Shown here piece after piece: positions 12,001 to 24,065 of a DNA stretch of 36,118 nucleotides (position 1 is its first letter; each line of letters begins with the position of its first letter). The position numbers were made by a program, and so were the translations under genes. The notes under the pieces are model-generated. The model made no database searches, was not told the DNA's origin, and saw only the letters and a program-made list of their open reading frames with translations. Source of the stretch: Nemertoderma westbladi (taxonomy: Eukaryota; Animalia; Xenacoelomorpha); NCBI GenBank assembly GCA_032718475.1, contig JAUCBJ010002256.1, positions 1 through 36,118 of the forward strand. The letters are read 5' to 3'.

Positions 12001-12490
12001 CCCCTGTTCCATTTCTTGGGTATATAGTGCCCGGCGTTCCATTGCGTGGCTATATAATGCCCCGCGTTCCCTCTCGTTCCATTGCTTTGCTATATATTGT
12101 ATATATTGCCCTGCGTTCCCTCCCGTTCCATTGCTTGGCTATATAATCCCCCGCGTTCCCTCCCGTTCCATTGCTTAGCTATATAATGCCCCGAGTTCCC
12201 CTCCCCCATTCCATTGCTTGGCTATATACTGCCCCGCGTTCCCTCCCGTTCCATTGCTTGGCTATATAATGCCCCGCGTTCCCCCCTGTTCCATTTCTTG
12301 GCTATATAGCCCGAGTTCCCCCCCCCCCCCTCATTCCATTGCTTGGCTATTTACTGCCCCGCGTTCCATTGCTTGGCTATATAATGCCCTGCGTTCCCTC
12401 CCGTTCTATGGCTTGGTTATATAAATGCCCTGCTTTCCCTCCCATTCCATTGCTTGGCTATATAATGCCCAGCGTTCCCTCCCGTTCCCA
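9027..12490. repeat. C-rich composite minisatellite of 40-, 33- and 27-bp unit variants
   Basis: Core CCCCGCGTTCCCTCCCGTTCCA followed by TTGCTTGGCTATATAAT(A/G) (40 bp), TTGCTTGGCTG (33 bp) or TAATG (27 bp). Confidence 0.97.
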
Positions 12491-12525
12491 GTCTGTTCAA
12501 AACATATTGTCTACACTATTTTCAG

Positions 12526-12556
12526 GGCCCCGTTGATGAAAGATATTGATGTGTAA
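12526..12556 (+). CDS. Putative terminal coding exon (APLMKDIDV-stop) of the same unidentified gene
   Basis: ctattttcag acceptor; in phase with the 8318 exon; TAA at 12554-12556; AATAAA at 12824-12829. Confidence 0.35.
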
Positions 12557-13369
12557 AACGTCGGAAGATTGATGTTGAAAAATCGTAAACATCTAGAAGA
12601 AATGTTTGACTCTGCAGCGAAAGTGCTTTTCCTTGTACTAAAGTTTAACCTTATTTGTGTCAAAGGCTCCTATATCATTATATAAATTGTCTTTGTATCC
12701 AGAAGTTTGAATTCAGTGTCACGCCTTGGTGTTGCATGTCTTTAAAACTAATTTTTTTATAGATATTTAAGTTAACGGCAATGAAATGTTTCAGTTCGCA
12801 TTCATCTAAAATAAGGTATTTGGAATAAACTGTTTTACTTTTTTGCTCAATTTAGTATTTATAAGCAGTTATTTGGATGCCGTCCACATGAATATTGTCA
12901 TGAATCTTATTTACCCAACTTACTTTCGCTTTTTTCAATTTGTTAATACTTGTGAAAAATTTTCTTACGTATTTTTATTTATTTGCTTAAGTGAATTTCA
13001 TGTGAAAGACATTTTATTATTCACCCATTTTCTGCAATATTTATTACTGCACGTATTTAGCGGGATTTTATAGTTAATTAAAACTTTAAATTAATTAAAT
13101 AGTCATTATAGGGTAGGTGCGCAAATTTGGCTAGAAGCAATTGAGTAGGTTAGCTATCCTGATTCGAGTTATCTTAGCGACAAAATATTTAAATGGATTT
13201 CATTTACATGAAATAAACCTCGTCTGAAATAATTCACATTTACTTTGTATTTTAATTCGACGAAAATAATTTCAGTTTTTATCCGTAGCATTTAATATTG
13301 TCTTAATGTTGCTTTTCGTTCTGGCAACAATAATGTCTTATTATAAAAATTCCCGTTTTAACAACAAAA

Positions 13370-13870
13370 CGCACCCCACCATTGGATCCTGGGGACCCTG
13401 CTACCGCTTCTTCTATTGTCGCACCCCGCCACTGGATCCAAGGGACCCTGCTACCGCTTCTTCTATTGTCGCACCCCGCCACTGGATCCAAGGGACCCTG
13501 CTACCGCTTCTTCTATTGTCGCACCCCGCCACTGGATCCAAGGGACCCTGCTCCCGCTTCTTCTATTGTCTCACCCCGCCACTGGATCCAAGGGACCCTG
13601 CTACCCCTACTTCTACTGTCTCACCCCGCCACTGGATCCAAGGGACCCTGCTACCGCTTCTTCTATTATCGCACCCCGCCACTGGATCCAAGGGACCCTG
13701 CTACCCCTACTTCTACTGTCTCACCCCGCCACTGGATCCAAGGGACTCTGCAACCGTTCTTCTATTGTCGCACCCCGCCACTGGATCCAAGGAACCCTGC
13801 TACCCTTCTTCTATTATCGCACCCCGCCACTGGATCCAAGGGATCCTGCTACCCCTTCTTCTATTGTTTC
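13370..13870. repeat. 50-bp tandem minisatellite (about 10 copies)
   Basis: Unit CGCACCCCGCCACTGGATCCAAGGGACCCTGCTACCGCTTCTTCTATTGT; the last units carry small deletions. Confidence 0.97.
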
Positions 13871-16646
13871 TATCCAAACCAGTTTTGCGTACCCACTATA
13901 CTGTATCTATTTGTTTAATCCAATGAGAATATGGAAAGTTAGTAAGGTCTCTACGTGTTATTTTGTTGATGTTGATGTCTCTATTGGTTTACAATATTGT
14001 CTCTGTGCGTTTTAGTACAGTATTAATTAATTTTACTTGTAAGTAAAATGTTTTCTTTAATTACTTGATAGTTCAGTGATTGCTCTACCCTTTGTGGCTT
14101 TGTGCTAATTGCTACTTCCAAATTACGCTAACTATGTTGTCGATAAGTCCCATTGCGTTGCTAACCAAACCTCTTTCCTGACATTCATATAAATATAAAA
14201 TAAACATTATTAAACGTTGGTTGCTATGGCTCCAGGTTGTTAATTTACACACTTGCCCTCTTGTTAGCTGAAACTTATCATCACCCACCAAACGCAATGT
14301 TCATGTTATTTATGTTGCTATGGTTTTAAGAATACATTTTAAATTTAATAGTTTTTTGTATCATTTTTCACTAACAAACACAACACTACTTGCAATATCA
14401 TTTTTTGTAATAAAAATAATTTGACTTAATTAATTGCTTTTACCCATAAATTACTGTTTTCAGTTTGAAATTAATTAGCAAACCAATACTATAATTCACC
14501 ACTACCGAGGTAGTAATTGTGTATGCCTTTATTAGCTCGTAATCACAAAGTTTCTGAACTACCTAATATCTTTGGGCATTAGTAATACTTTACTAATGAA
14601 ATTTTTCCGTAAAATTTTAATTTTTTTGGTGTTTGTAGATCTGAAATTAATTTTCTGCTATATATTTATATGTGCCATGCGATTAAATAGCGTATCACTT
14701 TTATAACTATGTAGACCTGATGGGCGTATGTTAACTGTGCGGTTTAGTTTAAGCATTTTGTAATCGTAAGGCTTTCTAGTTGATTTTTGTATTATTGCGA
14801 GTTTATAATTTGTTACAATTTAATTTCAGTAACTTCGGGCAACTAGGCCTGTTAGAATTGGACTAAATCCCCAACAACCCTTTCCTTCCCCTATTATAGG
14901 CATTTTTCCTTATTAGGTGCATAAATACTGCCAATATATTTGTTACTTTCAGGTTCAGAAAAGTTAGATAATTAGACACTTCCTTGATGGGTGGCTAGTT
15001 TTAGCACAGTGCAATTCCATCTATTTATATCTGGTTGAAGCGTAGTTGAATTTAATCGTTAGTTATTACTACTAGGAAGGTCGCCACATAGTTAGGTAGA
15101 CGCGGTACGTAGTTCACTATCGGTATCATAATAGTTAGTTTACTGTATATTGTAACTTACAGTTAGTTTACTATCATACCCCTACAAGTGGTATGAACCA
15201 GGTTTAAAAACGGGAAAAAAGTCACCAAAAATGTATGTCCATCATATGAAATAGCCCCATGTATGTTTTGGTTTTGACTGTTCGCGGTTTGTACTGTCAC
15301 TCCTACCCTAATTTAATACCATTTACCGATCGGTTCTGGTACCGGTAGGTATTTGTATTTGTGGTGTATTTTTATTTTCGCAATGCTTTCTCCACCTACT
15401 TTGTCAAGAAAACATTTGTTACCTTACAGGTTTTTTTATCATGTTTTTGTTATATTTAAATTTCTTATTGTGTTTTGGCTCATAATATTGTCGCTTTCTG
15501 CGTTTTAGTATTTTCTATTGCAATATTATCATAATTCGATATCTGTGTTTTGGCCAATTTAATTAATATAGGTTGTGTATGTGTCATTAGTTGCGTCTAC
15601 AATGTGCCAAATTTTGAACTATGTAGAATAATGTGTACATTTAGAAATTTACAAATAGCTCAGCCGAAAAAATATTTATTTAGTATTATTAATTTACAGT
15701 TTGTTGTTATTATTTATCACTATTTTGGAACCCCACAGAAATAATTATCTTATAATGGAACACCATACTCGCAATAGTTTTCTTACTTTCAGTTTTGGTG
15801 TGTATCCTTACTGAATTTCCATAAGAACATTAATGATTTATAAACCAAAATGTTTTGTGTACTAAATTATATTATCATTGAATTTCAAGGGAAATTTCTT
15901 GCCGTATTTGGACCTTCCTTCTGGTCCTAACATTATTCGTTTAATTCATTTACTCGTGTATTAGCAACACAAAAATAAATACAAATAAAAATAATTGGCG
16001 CGGTATATCTGCTACCTACTTAGAGATATCGTATGTAAATTCATCTACTTTTGTTGTACTAACTTAATTTACCATTCCTCTCACCTCCTTAATTTCAGCT
16101 ACACCCAATGCTACTGTTACACCCACTTATGATGTATTTTTCTCAATTTAAATGTGTATTATGTATAATTATTTCATGTTTATGTTATTTATAATATAAA
16201 ATATTACGTATTTGGCCATAAATATTATAACACGATTGTGCCATTGCTATACTATGTTTTTATATCTTTACATACTTTTAGTTTACATAACCCAACTCAA
16301 CTGCATATTATTACAATATGTGTGAGAGGGATACGGTGCATGCCTGCTTTTCACAATGTATGTAGCGGCGCAGGTTCTATTCTTAGAAAAAGGTCTATAA
16401 ATTCCGCAGTGAGTGAGTATGTCCCTAAATATATTGTAGTTAGATGTGTAGTGCTTTCACATACTCAGCGGTGGCGGTAATAGAAAGCTGCCTGCTGCCG
16501 GAGTAAAGAAAAAGGTTGGATGGTTAGGGAGTGTTCAACCATGGGAGTTAAGAAAAGTGCGCCCATCCCGCCTAAAAGGTAACGGATTACCGGCAACCCA
16601 TCTGCAACGCAACACCTACACAGTTCGCGATCAAGGAATCTTATGA

Positions 16647-17330
16647 GTACTCTCGGAATCACTAGAGGGAGCCGAACGGCTCCTCAGCTCATTAGAACAT
16701 GCTGCTTCTAGTGTTGGTCTTTTTATTAATTCCAAAAAGACCAACATTTTGACAGTTACCTTTGAAAGTCCTCAGCAAGTCTCTGATCGGATGAGCATAA
16801 GCTCAAAAGATGGTATGCTTGAGCATGTGGATGACTTCTGTTACCTGCGATCATGGATCCGGAAGTCTGGTGAGGACCTTCGAATACGTAAGGGAAAGGC
16901 ATGGGCAGCCTTGAATAGGCTTCCCAGGATTTGAAAGTCACAGAGAATTAATCGGAAACTTAAGGTCCGATCATTTAGAGCAGCAGCAGTTCCAGTACTC
17001 ATCTATGGGTGTCCATGCTGGGCTCTAACTGCTGAGGACACCAAATCTCTGGATGGCACATTCACAAGAATGCTACGCCGGGTTCATTGTGTCAAGTATA
17101 ATGCACACAGCTCCAACCAGACACTATATAACATTGGAGGTGTCTCATTGGTTCCCCGAAGCTTGACACTAGAACACAGTCGCCTACGCTTTGCAGGACA
17201 TTGCTTTCGCCGTGACGACCAGCCAGTGCATAATCTTTTGCTTTGGCAGCCTCATGGAGTGAATAAGCATGGTGGACAGCCCATGACTTTCTTGAGACGC
17301 ATCTTAAAGGACACTGGCCAGACAGACTGA
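16647..17330 (+). mobile_element. 5'-truncated RTE-clade LINE relic (RT C-terminal region), one premature stop
   Basis: One frame reads VLSESLEGAERLLSSLEHAASSVGLFINSKKT..VDDFCYL..DLRIRKGKAWAALNRL..I*KS..VLIYGCPCWALT..LDGTFTRMLRRV..RLRFAGHCFR..LLLWQP. TGA at 16932-16934 sits where a Trp is expected. The YADD motif is absent (break just downstream of it). CAGA-type microsatellite follows at about 17319-17355. Confidence 0.85.
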
Positions 17331-18251
17331 CAGACATACATACAGATACAGACAGCCTAGAGTCTGAGAGTTGGTCAGTTGTAAAAACTGACACCAGAAA
17401 TGAAAGCAGCGACCTGGAAAACCCCCATGGCGAATGTTTTTTATTACATAATATGCTTACTTATTTTTTGACAGACAGACTGAGACATTTTATTACCAGT
17501 ATACCGGCAGGCCTTTATATTCCATTATACTTACTGCCCTACAGCCCTACCAAAAACCAAAACAACCAATTAAAATTTGAAATTGCCGCTTAATTTTGTT
17601 ATGAGGATGAGTACTGAACATCTAACGGGTGTGTCAGCTATCAGACCGACATGTTTAGGTGGCCATAGAACTACTAGTACTTCGTGGCATAACACCTAGG
17701 CCATAATCCAGTAGGTGTGACCTAACTGTTATACCATAGTCTTGAAAGGGTTAACATTCAGTTGAGCACCACGTTCTCAAAACGGATGACGTCCAGTGCA
17801 AATCGAACCCTACGTGGATTTCTTGTAAAGCCACCTTTCAATCGGTACCAACAAAGTATTGAGAGGCTTAACATCTCATATCAATTAAAAATTATCCATT
17901 GAGGGAAAAGTGCAGGTTACTGCGGCACGTTATTCTAACCAAAACAATTTACTAAAGTCTCGAGGTTTAGAGACTATTTTCCGAAATTTCAATACATTAT
18001 TAGTAGAATCTGTAACCCATAGGGCCTATCCAGATATCCTAGACATGACTTTACAGTAGTAAGACTGAAAAAGGCCGTTAGCAGTTGGTCAACTGCGAAC
18101 TTAGTTGTGCAGTCTTGGGTTCTGCTGTGATCTACTGTCAGACAGATTCAGTGTTGTAGGAATAGGTACCGCAGTTGGGGCTGAACTCTTAGTCTGATGT
18201 CTGTACAATGTATAAATATAATAAACTCCATCATAATATCCACCTATTGCC

Positions 18252-18686
18252 GTGACACCATTACTACAAAAGTTGCACTGGCTTCCCATTACATATCGAA
18301 TTAAATACAAACTTGCTCTATTTACTTGGAAATGTTTAAACGCACAATCACCGGGATATCTTACAGATTTAATACAAATAAACATAAAACCAACCCGTCA
18401 ACAATACGAACATACATTAGTGATACCTTGGACTAGTTACAAAACTTTTGGTGATCGCATGTTCTCAGCCGCTGCCCCAAAAATATTTAACGGACTCCCA
18501 CCCAATATTCGCACTGCTGCCACCCTGAGCTCATTTAAATCGCTGCTAAAGACTCATTTATACCGATTAGCCTTTCCTTCAACAACACCTTAACTCATTA
18601 ATTGTTATGCGCATTTGACCTACTGTATAATTACTGTAGAATGTGCGCTTTAGTTAAATATAACACTATTATTATTATTATTATTA
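18252..18686 (+). mobile_element. 3' end of an L2-like (CR1/L2 group) LINE with 3' stem-loop and (TAT)n tail
   Basis: TPLLQKLHWLPITYRIKYK..FGDRMFSAAAPKIFNGLP..FKSLLKTHLY, stop at 18593; GCGCA(18609)...TGCGC(18648) stem; (TAT)n at about 18667-18686. Confidence 0.88.
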
Positions 18687-19573
18687 TAACGAACCTGCCT
18701 ATAAATAGGCCAGGGTAGTTCTTGGCCATTCAAAAACACGATGTGGTTGTGTGTGTATGTATGTATAACCATCCAATATCTCAAAAACTCAAGCAGGTAC
18801 GCAACAATTTTAATAACAAACTCTACATAAATTTTGGTTGCGCACAAGACTGTATATTTTTTGTGGCGTTTCGATCACGGGGTCATTGAAAAATAGCGGT
18901 TTTGAAAGTTTAAAGTCGAATTTCACCGATTTCAACTCGCCGAGTAGGCACCAACTTTTTATTTGGGCTATTCAGTCATTTGAGCAACATACAGTATATG
19001 AGCCTCCAAATCTTTTCAAATATCGCCAATCTCGCACAGAACGTCGCCAAAATTTGTTAGTCCGGCAAAAAAACGCACTAATTCGTCTAAAAGAGTAAAT
19101 TATTGGTTGCAGAATAATATGATTCAACTACAGTAGAAAATCAAGTAAGCTGGCTATAATGAGACCGTCCATAGACAAACGTAGTGTTAGTTGGGTCCCT
19201 CATCATTCATTATCATCAACCTATAAAACATTTGAACGACCCAGTGCTTACAATGATATTCCCATAGGATTCACTGGGAAGAGCTATTCATCTGGTGGGG
19301 TAACAGTAATACATTATACAAACTTACAGTTGATGTTTGCTTTCTGTCTGGGATAGAGTGAGATAGTAATCAATTTGGCAAGTTAATATACTTATCTGCA
19401 GTTTGGGCTATCCATTCAATAAATAGTAGTAGCTTACTAGGCCCTCATGAGTACCAGCAACTGGTGTTTCTATCGTTGAGTTGATGGCAATTATCGTGTT
19501 TTCATTTTCGCTCACTCAGGGTACTGGTTTGAGGGGCCAGGTTCGTTTAAAGGCAGCTTGCTGGCTTTCTAGT
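18687..19573 (+). mobile_element. Non-autonomous rolling-circle (Helentron/HINE-like) element A
   Basis: 5' AACGAACCTG (18688-18697) matches inverted CAGGTTCGTT (19538-19547). 5' hairpin GCCTAT-AA-ATAGGC, GT/GTAT microsatellite, 3' hairpin AAAGGCAGC-TT-GCTGGCTTT then CTAGT. No clear TSD. Sits inside the L2 (TAT)n tail. Confidence 0.7.
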
Positions 19574-19685
19574 TATTATAAAAGGCTCAAGTCCATATAG
19601 CTGCATCCAAACTAGCACATCTGGCAAGTCATAAAACAGATGTCCAAATCACCGAAGAAATGAGCCGTGCAATACCAAGGGTGGG

Positions 19686-20632
19686 TTGGATTACTCTCTG
19701 TCAGTCTCCCCTTCAGAACATTGTATAGGGAATTTACTTTAGTTTACTCTACTGTGCCATTCAGCTGAATGGATTTGAGCGATTGCCAAGTTACAGAGTT
19801 GGATCATTCTCTGACCATAGGCAAAGACATCAAATCTTTTTTAAATCTTTTTCCATGTTTTTTTTTCTGACCAAAAATTTCAAAAAAAAATTTTTCGTAG
19901 CCAGTACTGCCAATCGATTCGCCATCAAAAATAACGCAAAAAATTTTTTTTGCAAAATTTTAAATTACTGTAAATTTTTGGCGACTGGGGGGGGTCAATT
20001 TTTTTCGATCCGCTATAACTCCGGAACGCTTTGTCCAAATTCGATGGGGTTTTCATTTTTTAACTTAATTCGATGTCCTCTTTCAGCCTATCCATGTTTC
20101 GAAACCCCAAACAGCGCCGTTCAAAAATTAATTTTTTCTAGTTCTAGAATTTTACAAATTTCAAAAAAGTTGCAGTATTTTATTAACGCCTTTACGGAAT
20201 TCGATAGCGTTTTCAATTTTTATATTAAACGCAATATCCTGAATCTCACTAGCCTAGTTTCGCGTCACCAATGCCAAGACTTCATACTTTTTGAGGAAAA
20301 TTTTTCTAGAATAATTTTTATTTAATTACATTTATCGCGATTTCTTATTACTGGTTGCACATGAATTGATGGAGTTTTCAATTTATTAACTAAACACGAT
20401 ATCGCGCATCGCACCAGCGTGGTTTCGAAATTCCAAAACGAGGTCTTCACTAGTTGCAGGTCGATTTTGTTCTAGAATTGAGCAACTAATAATAGATCGA
20501 ATTTATTAATAATTATTGTATGAAATATGATTGTATTTTTACATAATTATTAGTTCTATAATAATTCTCGTTGTCTCTTTTATTTGAAATAAAAAGTCGG
20601 TTCCTTATCGGGCCGCTAGGCCCGTCACTAGT
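19686..20632 (+). mobile_element. HINE-like element B (5'-truncated; near-identical to 23113-24065)
   Basis: About 950-bp direct repeat of the 3' part of element D; ends TCGGTTCCTTA-T-CGGGCC-GCTA-GGCCCG-TCA-CTAGT. Confidence 0.75.
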
Positions 20633-20670
20633 TAGGAACCGAGAGGTTCATTACTGTAAGAATTGCTCGA

Positions 20671-20709
<39 letters not shown>

Positions 20710-21491
20710 TGACTGATCTACAGCCAAAACTACTCTAACGATTTTAATGAAATTTTCACAGCGGCTAGATACCGCGATTCTAAGGTCCCTGGTATGTTCC
20801 GCTATTTCGTCCATGAGCCGTGGGCTCGAAAAATAGACATAAACGAAAAAACGCCATAGGCGCAATGATAAAAACACCAGCTGGCACTCATGAAAAATGG
20901 ATAGAGATAGCCTAGTAATGCTATTCTATAGGAATGGCCACCTAACAAGGAAATGCTTTCTCTGCCAAGTATTATCCTCATCCTACAACTCAGACAGTAA
21001 GCAAACAAAAGCCGTGGGATTCTAATGTATTACATCATAAGCTGATTGCTCTCCCAATAGCCCTCACACACTCACTGAATCCAATGAAATCGAATATCTA
21101 TTAGCTTAATGCGAATAGCTGGTAAGCTGAATGCCATTTTAGTTATTGTGTAGGCCTACTACTGTTGACTGTAGAGTAGACTGCTATGTTGCATGTATTT
21201 AATTAAAATAATTTTCGTAGAGGGAAGTTAATTTGGGATTACTCTCTATCAGATGTAAGCAAAGCTGTTCAATGGGGTGGGTCATGGGACCCAAATATAC
21301 AGTAGTACATTAAGCATGGCAACGATTTCTGATATAATTAAAATACAAATTGATTTATTTTTATTTTATATCTATTTTATTGATAAAATAATAATATGAT
21401 TTTACCGAATTTCATTTACCCCGTTGGGGAGTGTATATTATTATATTATTATTAAAATACAAGACAGGGGCTTGTTTCGATATATGTAGTT

Positions 21492-21700
21492 GCGCCCTTC
21501 GAGCAGCACGTGAGTTAATCAAATATTAGACACAATGTTTGACTTTGTCCCTTCTAGCAGCACGTGAGTTTTGCTTTGACCCTTGATATATGATGTTGCG
21601 CCCTTCGAGCAGCACGTGAGTTACATCAAATAATAGACACACTGTTTGACTTTGTCCCTTCGAGCAGCACGTGAGTTTGGCTTTGACCCTTCCAGCAGCG
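21492..21700. repeat. About 105-bp tandem duplication with four CAGCACGTGAGTT sub-repeats
   Basis: TGCGCCCTTCGAGCAGCACGTGAGTT at about 21492 and 21597, each followed by a second CCCTTC(T/G)AGCAGCACGTGAGTT. Confidence 0.85.
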
Positions 21701-21704
21701 TGTG

Positions 21705-22510
21705 TCAATCGAGCCGAATCATACTGATCGAGCCGAATAGAACCAATCGAGGCGATCAAGCCGAGTCGAGCACAATCGAGCCGAGTCAAGCCGAACGGAG
21801 CCGAGTTGAGCCCAATCAAGCCTAGTCGAGCCAGACTGAGGCGAGGCAAGCCCAATCGAGTCGAGTCGAGCCCAATAGAGCCGAGTCGAGCCCAATCAAT
21901 CCTAGTCGAGCCTAATTGAGCCGGACCGAGCCAAGTCGAGCCCAATCGAGCCAGACTGAGCCAAGTTGAGACAAATCGAGCCGAATCAAACCCAATCAAT
22001 CCCAATCGAGCCGAGTCGAGCGGATTGAGCCCAATTGAGCCAAGTCGAGCCAGACTGAGCCGAGTCGAACCCAATCGAGCCGATTGAGCTGAGTCGACTC
22101 AGACCGAGCCGAGCCAAGCCCAATTTAGCCGTGTCACGCCAAATTGAGCCGAACTGAGTCGAGTCGAGCCCAATCAAGCCGAGTCGAGCCCAATCGAATC
22201 GAGTCGAGCCAAATAGAGCCGATTCGATCCCAATCAAGCCTAAGTCGAGCCCAATCGAGCCGGACTGAGCCAAGTTGAGCCGAGTCAAGCCCAATCAATC
22301 CCAATCGAGCCGATTCGAGCCCAATCGAGCCGAGTCGAGCCAATTTGAGCCGGACCGAGCCGAGTCGAACCCAATCAAACCGATTGAGCCGAATTGAGAT
22401 GTGTCAAGTCGAGCCCAATCAAGCCGAGTCTAGCCCAATCGAGCCAAACCGAGCCGATCAAGCCAAGTCGAACTGAATCGAGCCCAATCGTGCCAGACCG
22501 AGCCGAGCTC
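21705..22510. repeat. Degenerate 5-bp satellite (CGAGC/CCAAT/CGAGT)n
   Basis: Visible pentamer periodicity; it generates the spurious ARLGSIGLDS-type ORFs. Confidence 0.92.
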
Positions 22511-22573
22511 ATTGTCTCTTTTATTTAAAATAAAAAGTCGGTTCCTTATCGGGCCGCTAGGCCCGTCACTAGT

Positions 22574-24065
22574 TAGGAACCGAGAGGTTCATTACTGTAA
22601 GAATTGCTCGAGACTGGCTGACTGACTGACTGATCTACAGCCAAAACTACTCTAACGATTTTGATGAAATTTTCACAGCATCTAGATACCGCGATTCTAA
22701 GGTCCCTGGTATGTTCCGCTATTTCGCCCATGAGCCGTGGGCTCGAAAAATAGACATAAACGAAAAAACGCCATAGGCGCAATGGTAAAATAACACCAAT
22801 GACAGCTGGTGTCCTGATGAAAAATGGTTTATGTAATGCATTTCTACACAAGGCTTAGTAATAAATCGGTGAGGTTGCCAAGATTATTATACTTAGTACA
22901 CCCATACTGTTTGTTTAGGCCCTGCACTCTCTGTCAAAGCAAACATTGACTGGTGGTTGGTTTAGTTTGAAATCTATTATCGCCTCAGCTGAATTACTCT
23001 TCCCAATGCAATCTATGGGAATATCTCACTCTGCTAATGTAAGCTGAATGACAGTTACGTAGACAGTGAGTTGGCTACATTAATGCCAACATTATTGCAA
23101 AATGTTTTATTGTTGGATTACTCTATGTCAGTCACCCCTTCAGAACATTGTATAGGGAATTTACTTTAGTTTACTCTACTGTGCCATTCAGCTGAATGGA
23201 TTTGAGCGATTGCCAAGTTACAGAGTTGGATCATTCTCTGACCATAGGCAAAGACATCAAATCTTTTTAAAAATATACTTTTTCCATGTTTTTTTTTCTG
23301 ACCAAAAATTTCAAAAAAAATTTTTTCATAGCCAGTACTGTCAATCGATTTGCCATCAAAAATAACGCAAAAATTTTTTTTTGCAAAATTTCAAATTACT
23401 GTAAATTTTTGGCGACTGGGGGGGGGGTCAATTTTTTTCGATCCGCTATAACTCCGGAACGCTTTGTCCAAATTCGATGGGGTTTTTATTTTTCAACTTA
23501 ATTCGACGTCCTCTTTCAGTCTATCCATTTTTCGAAACCCCAAACAGCACCGTTCAAAAATTAATTTTTTCTAGTTCTAGAATTTTACAAATTTCAAAAA
23601 AGTTGCAGTATTTTATTAACACCCTTACGGAATTCGATAGCGTTTTCGATTTTTATATTAAACGCAATATCCTGAATCTCACTAGCCTAGTTTCGCGTCA
23701 CCAACGCCAAGACTTCATACTTTTTGAGGAAAATTTTTCTAGAATAATTTTTATTTAATTACATTTATCGCGATTTCTTATTACTGGTTGCACATGAATT
23801 GATGGAGTTTTCAATTTATTAACTAAACACGATATCGCGCATCGCACCAGCGTGGTTTCGAAATTCCAAAACGAGGTCTTCACTAGTTGCAGGTCGATTT
23901 TGTTCTAGAATTGAGCAACTAATAATAGATCGAATTTATTAATAATTATTGTATGAAATATGATTGTATTTTTACATAATTATTAGTTCTATATTTATTC
24001 TCGTTGTCTCTTTTATTTAAAATAAAAAGTCGGTTCCTTATCGGGCCGCTAGGCCCGTCACTAGT
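22574..24065 (+). mobile_element. HINE-like element D (apparently complete, about 1.49 kb)
   Basis: Same 5' end as C and same 3' end as B; AGGAACCGA/TCGGTTCCT sub-terminal inverted repeat. Confidence 0.78.

Larger units (their letters stand above)
20633..22573 (+). mobile_element. HINE-like element C with internal satellite cargo
   Basis: Starts TAGGAACCGAGAGGTTC, then (GGCT)n/(GACT)n microsatellite and core AACTACTCTAACGATTTTAATGAAATTTTCACA; ends with the same sub-TIR + hairpin + CTAGT as B. Confidence 0.75.

Noticed and set aside
9761-14015. Many overlapping ORFs in the 40-bp and 50-bp arrays
   Set aside because: Frame-cycling translations of tandem repeats, mostly with non-ATG starts and no domain-like content.
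14440-16140. Several ttttcag acceptor-like sites suggesting more micro-exons
   Set aside because: At least one candidate (about 14464-14509) has stops in all three frames, and no consistent exon chain could be built.
17780-17860. B-box-like GGTTCGATT..CTGGACGTCAT on the minus strand, similar to the SINE head at about 31190
   Set aside because: No convincing A-box and the match is too short to call.
21526-22343. ARLGSIGLDS-repeat ORFs resembling pentapeptide/LRR proteins
   Set aside because: Artefact of a 5-bp satellite read in several frames.
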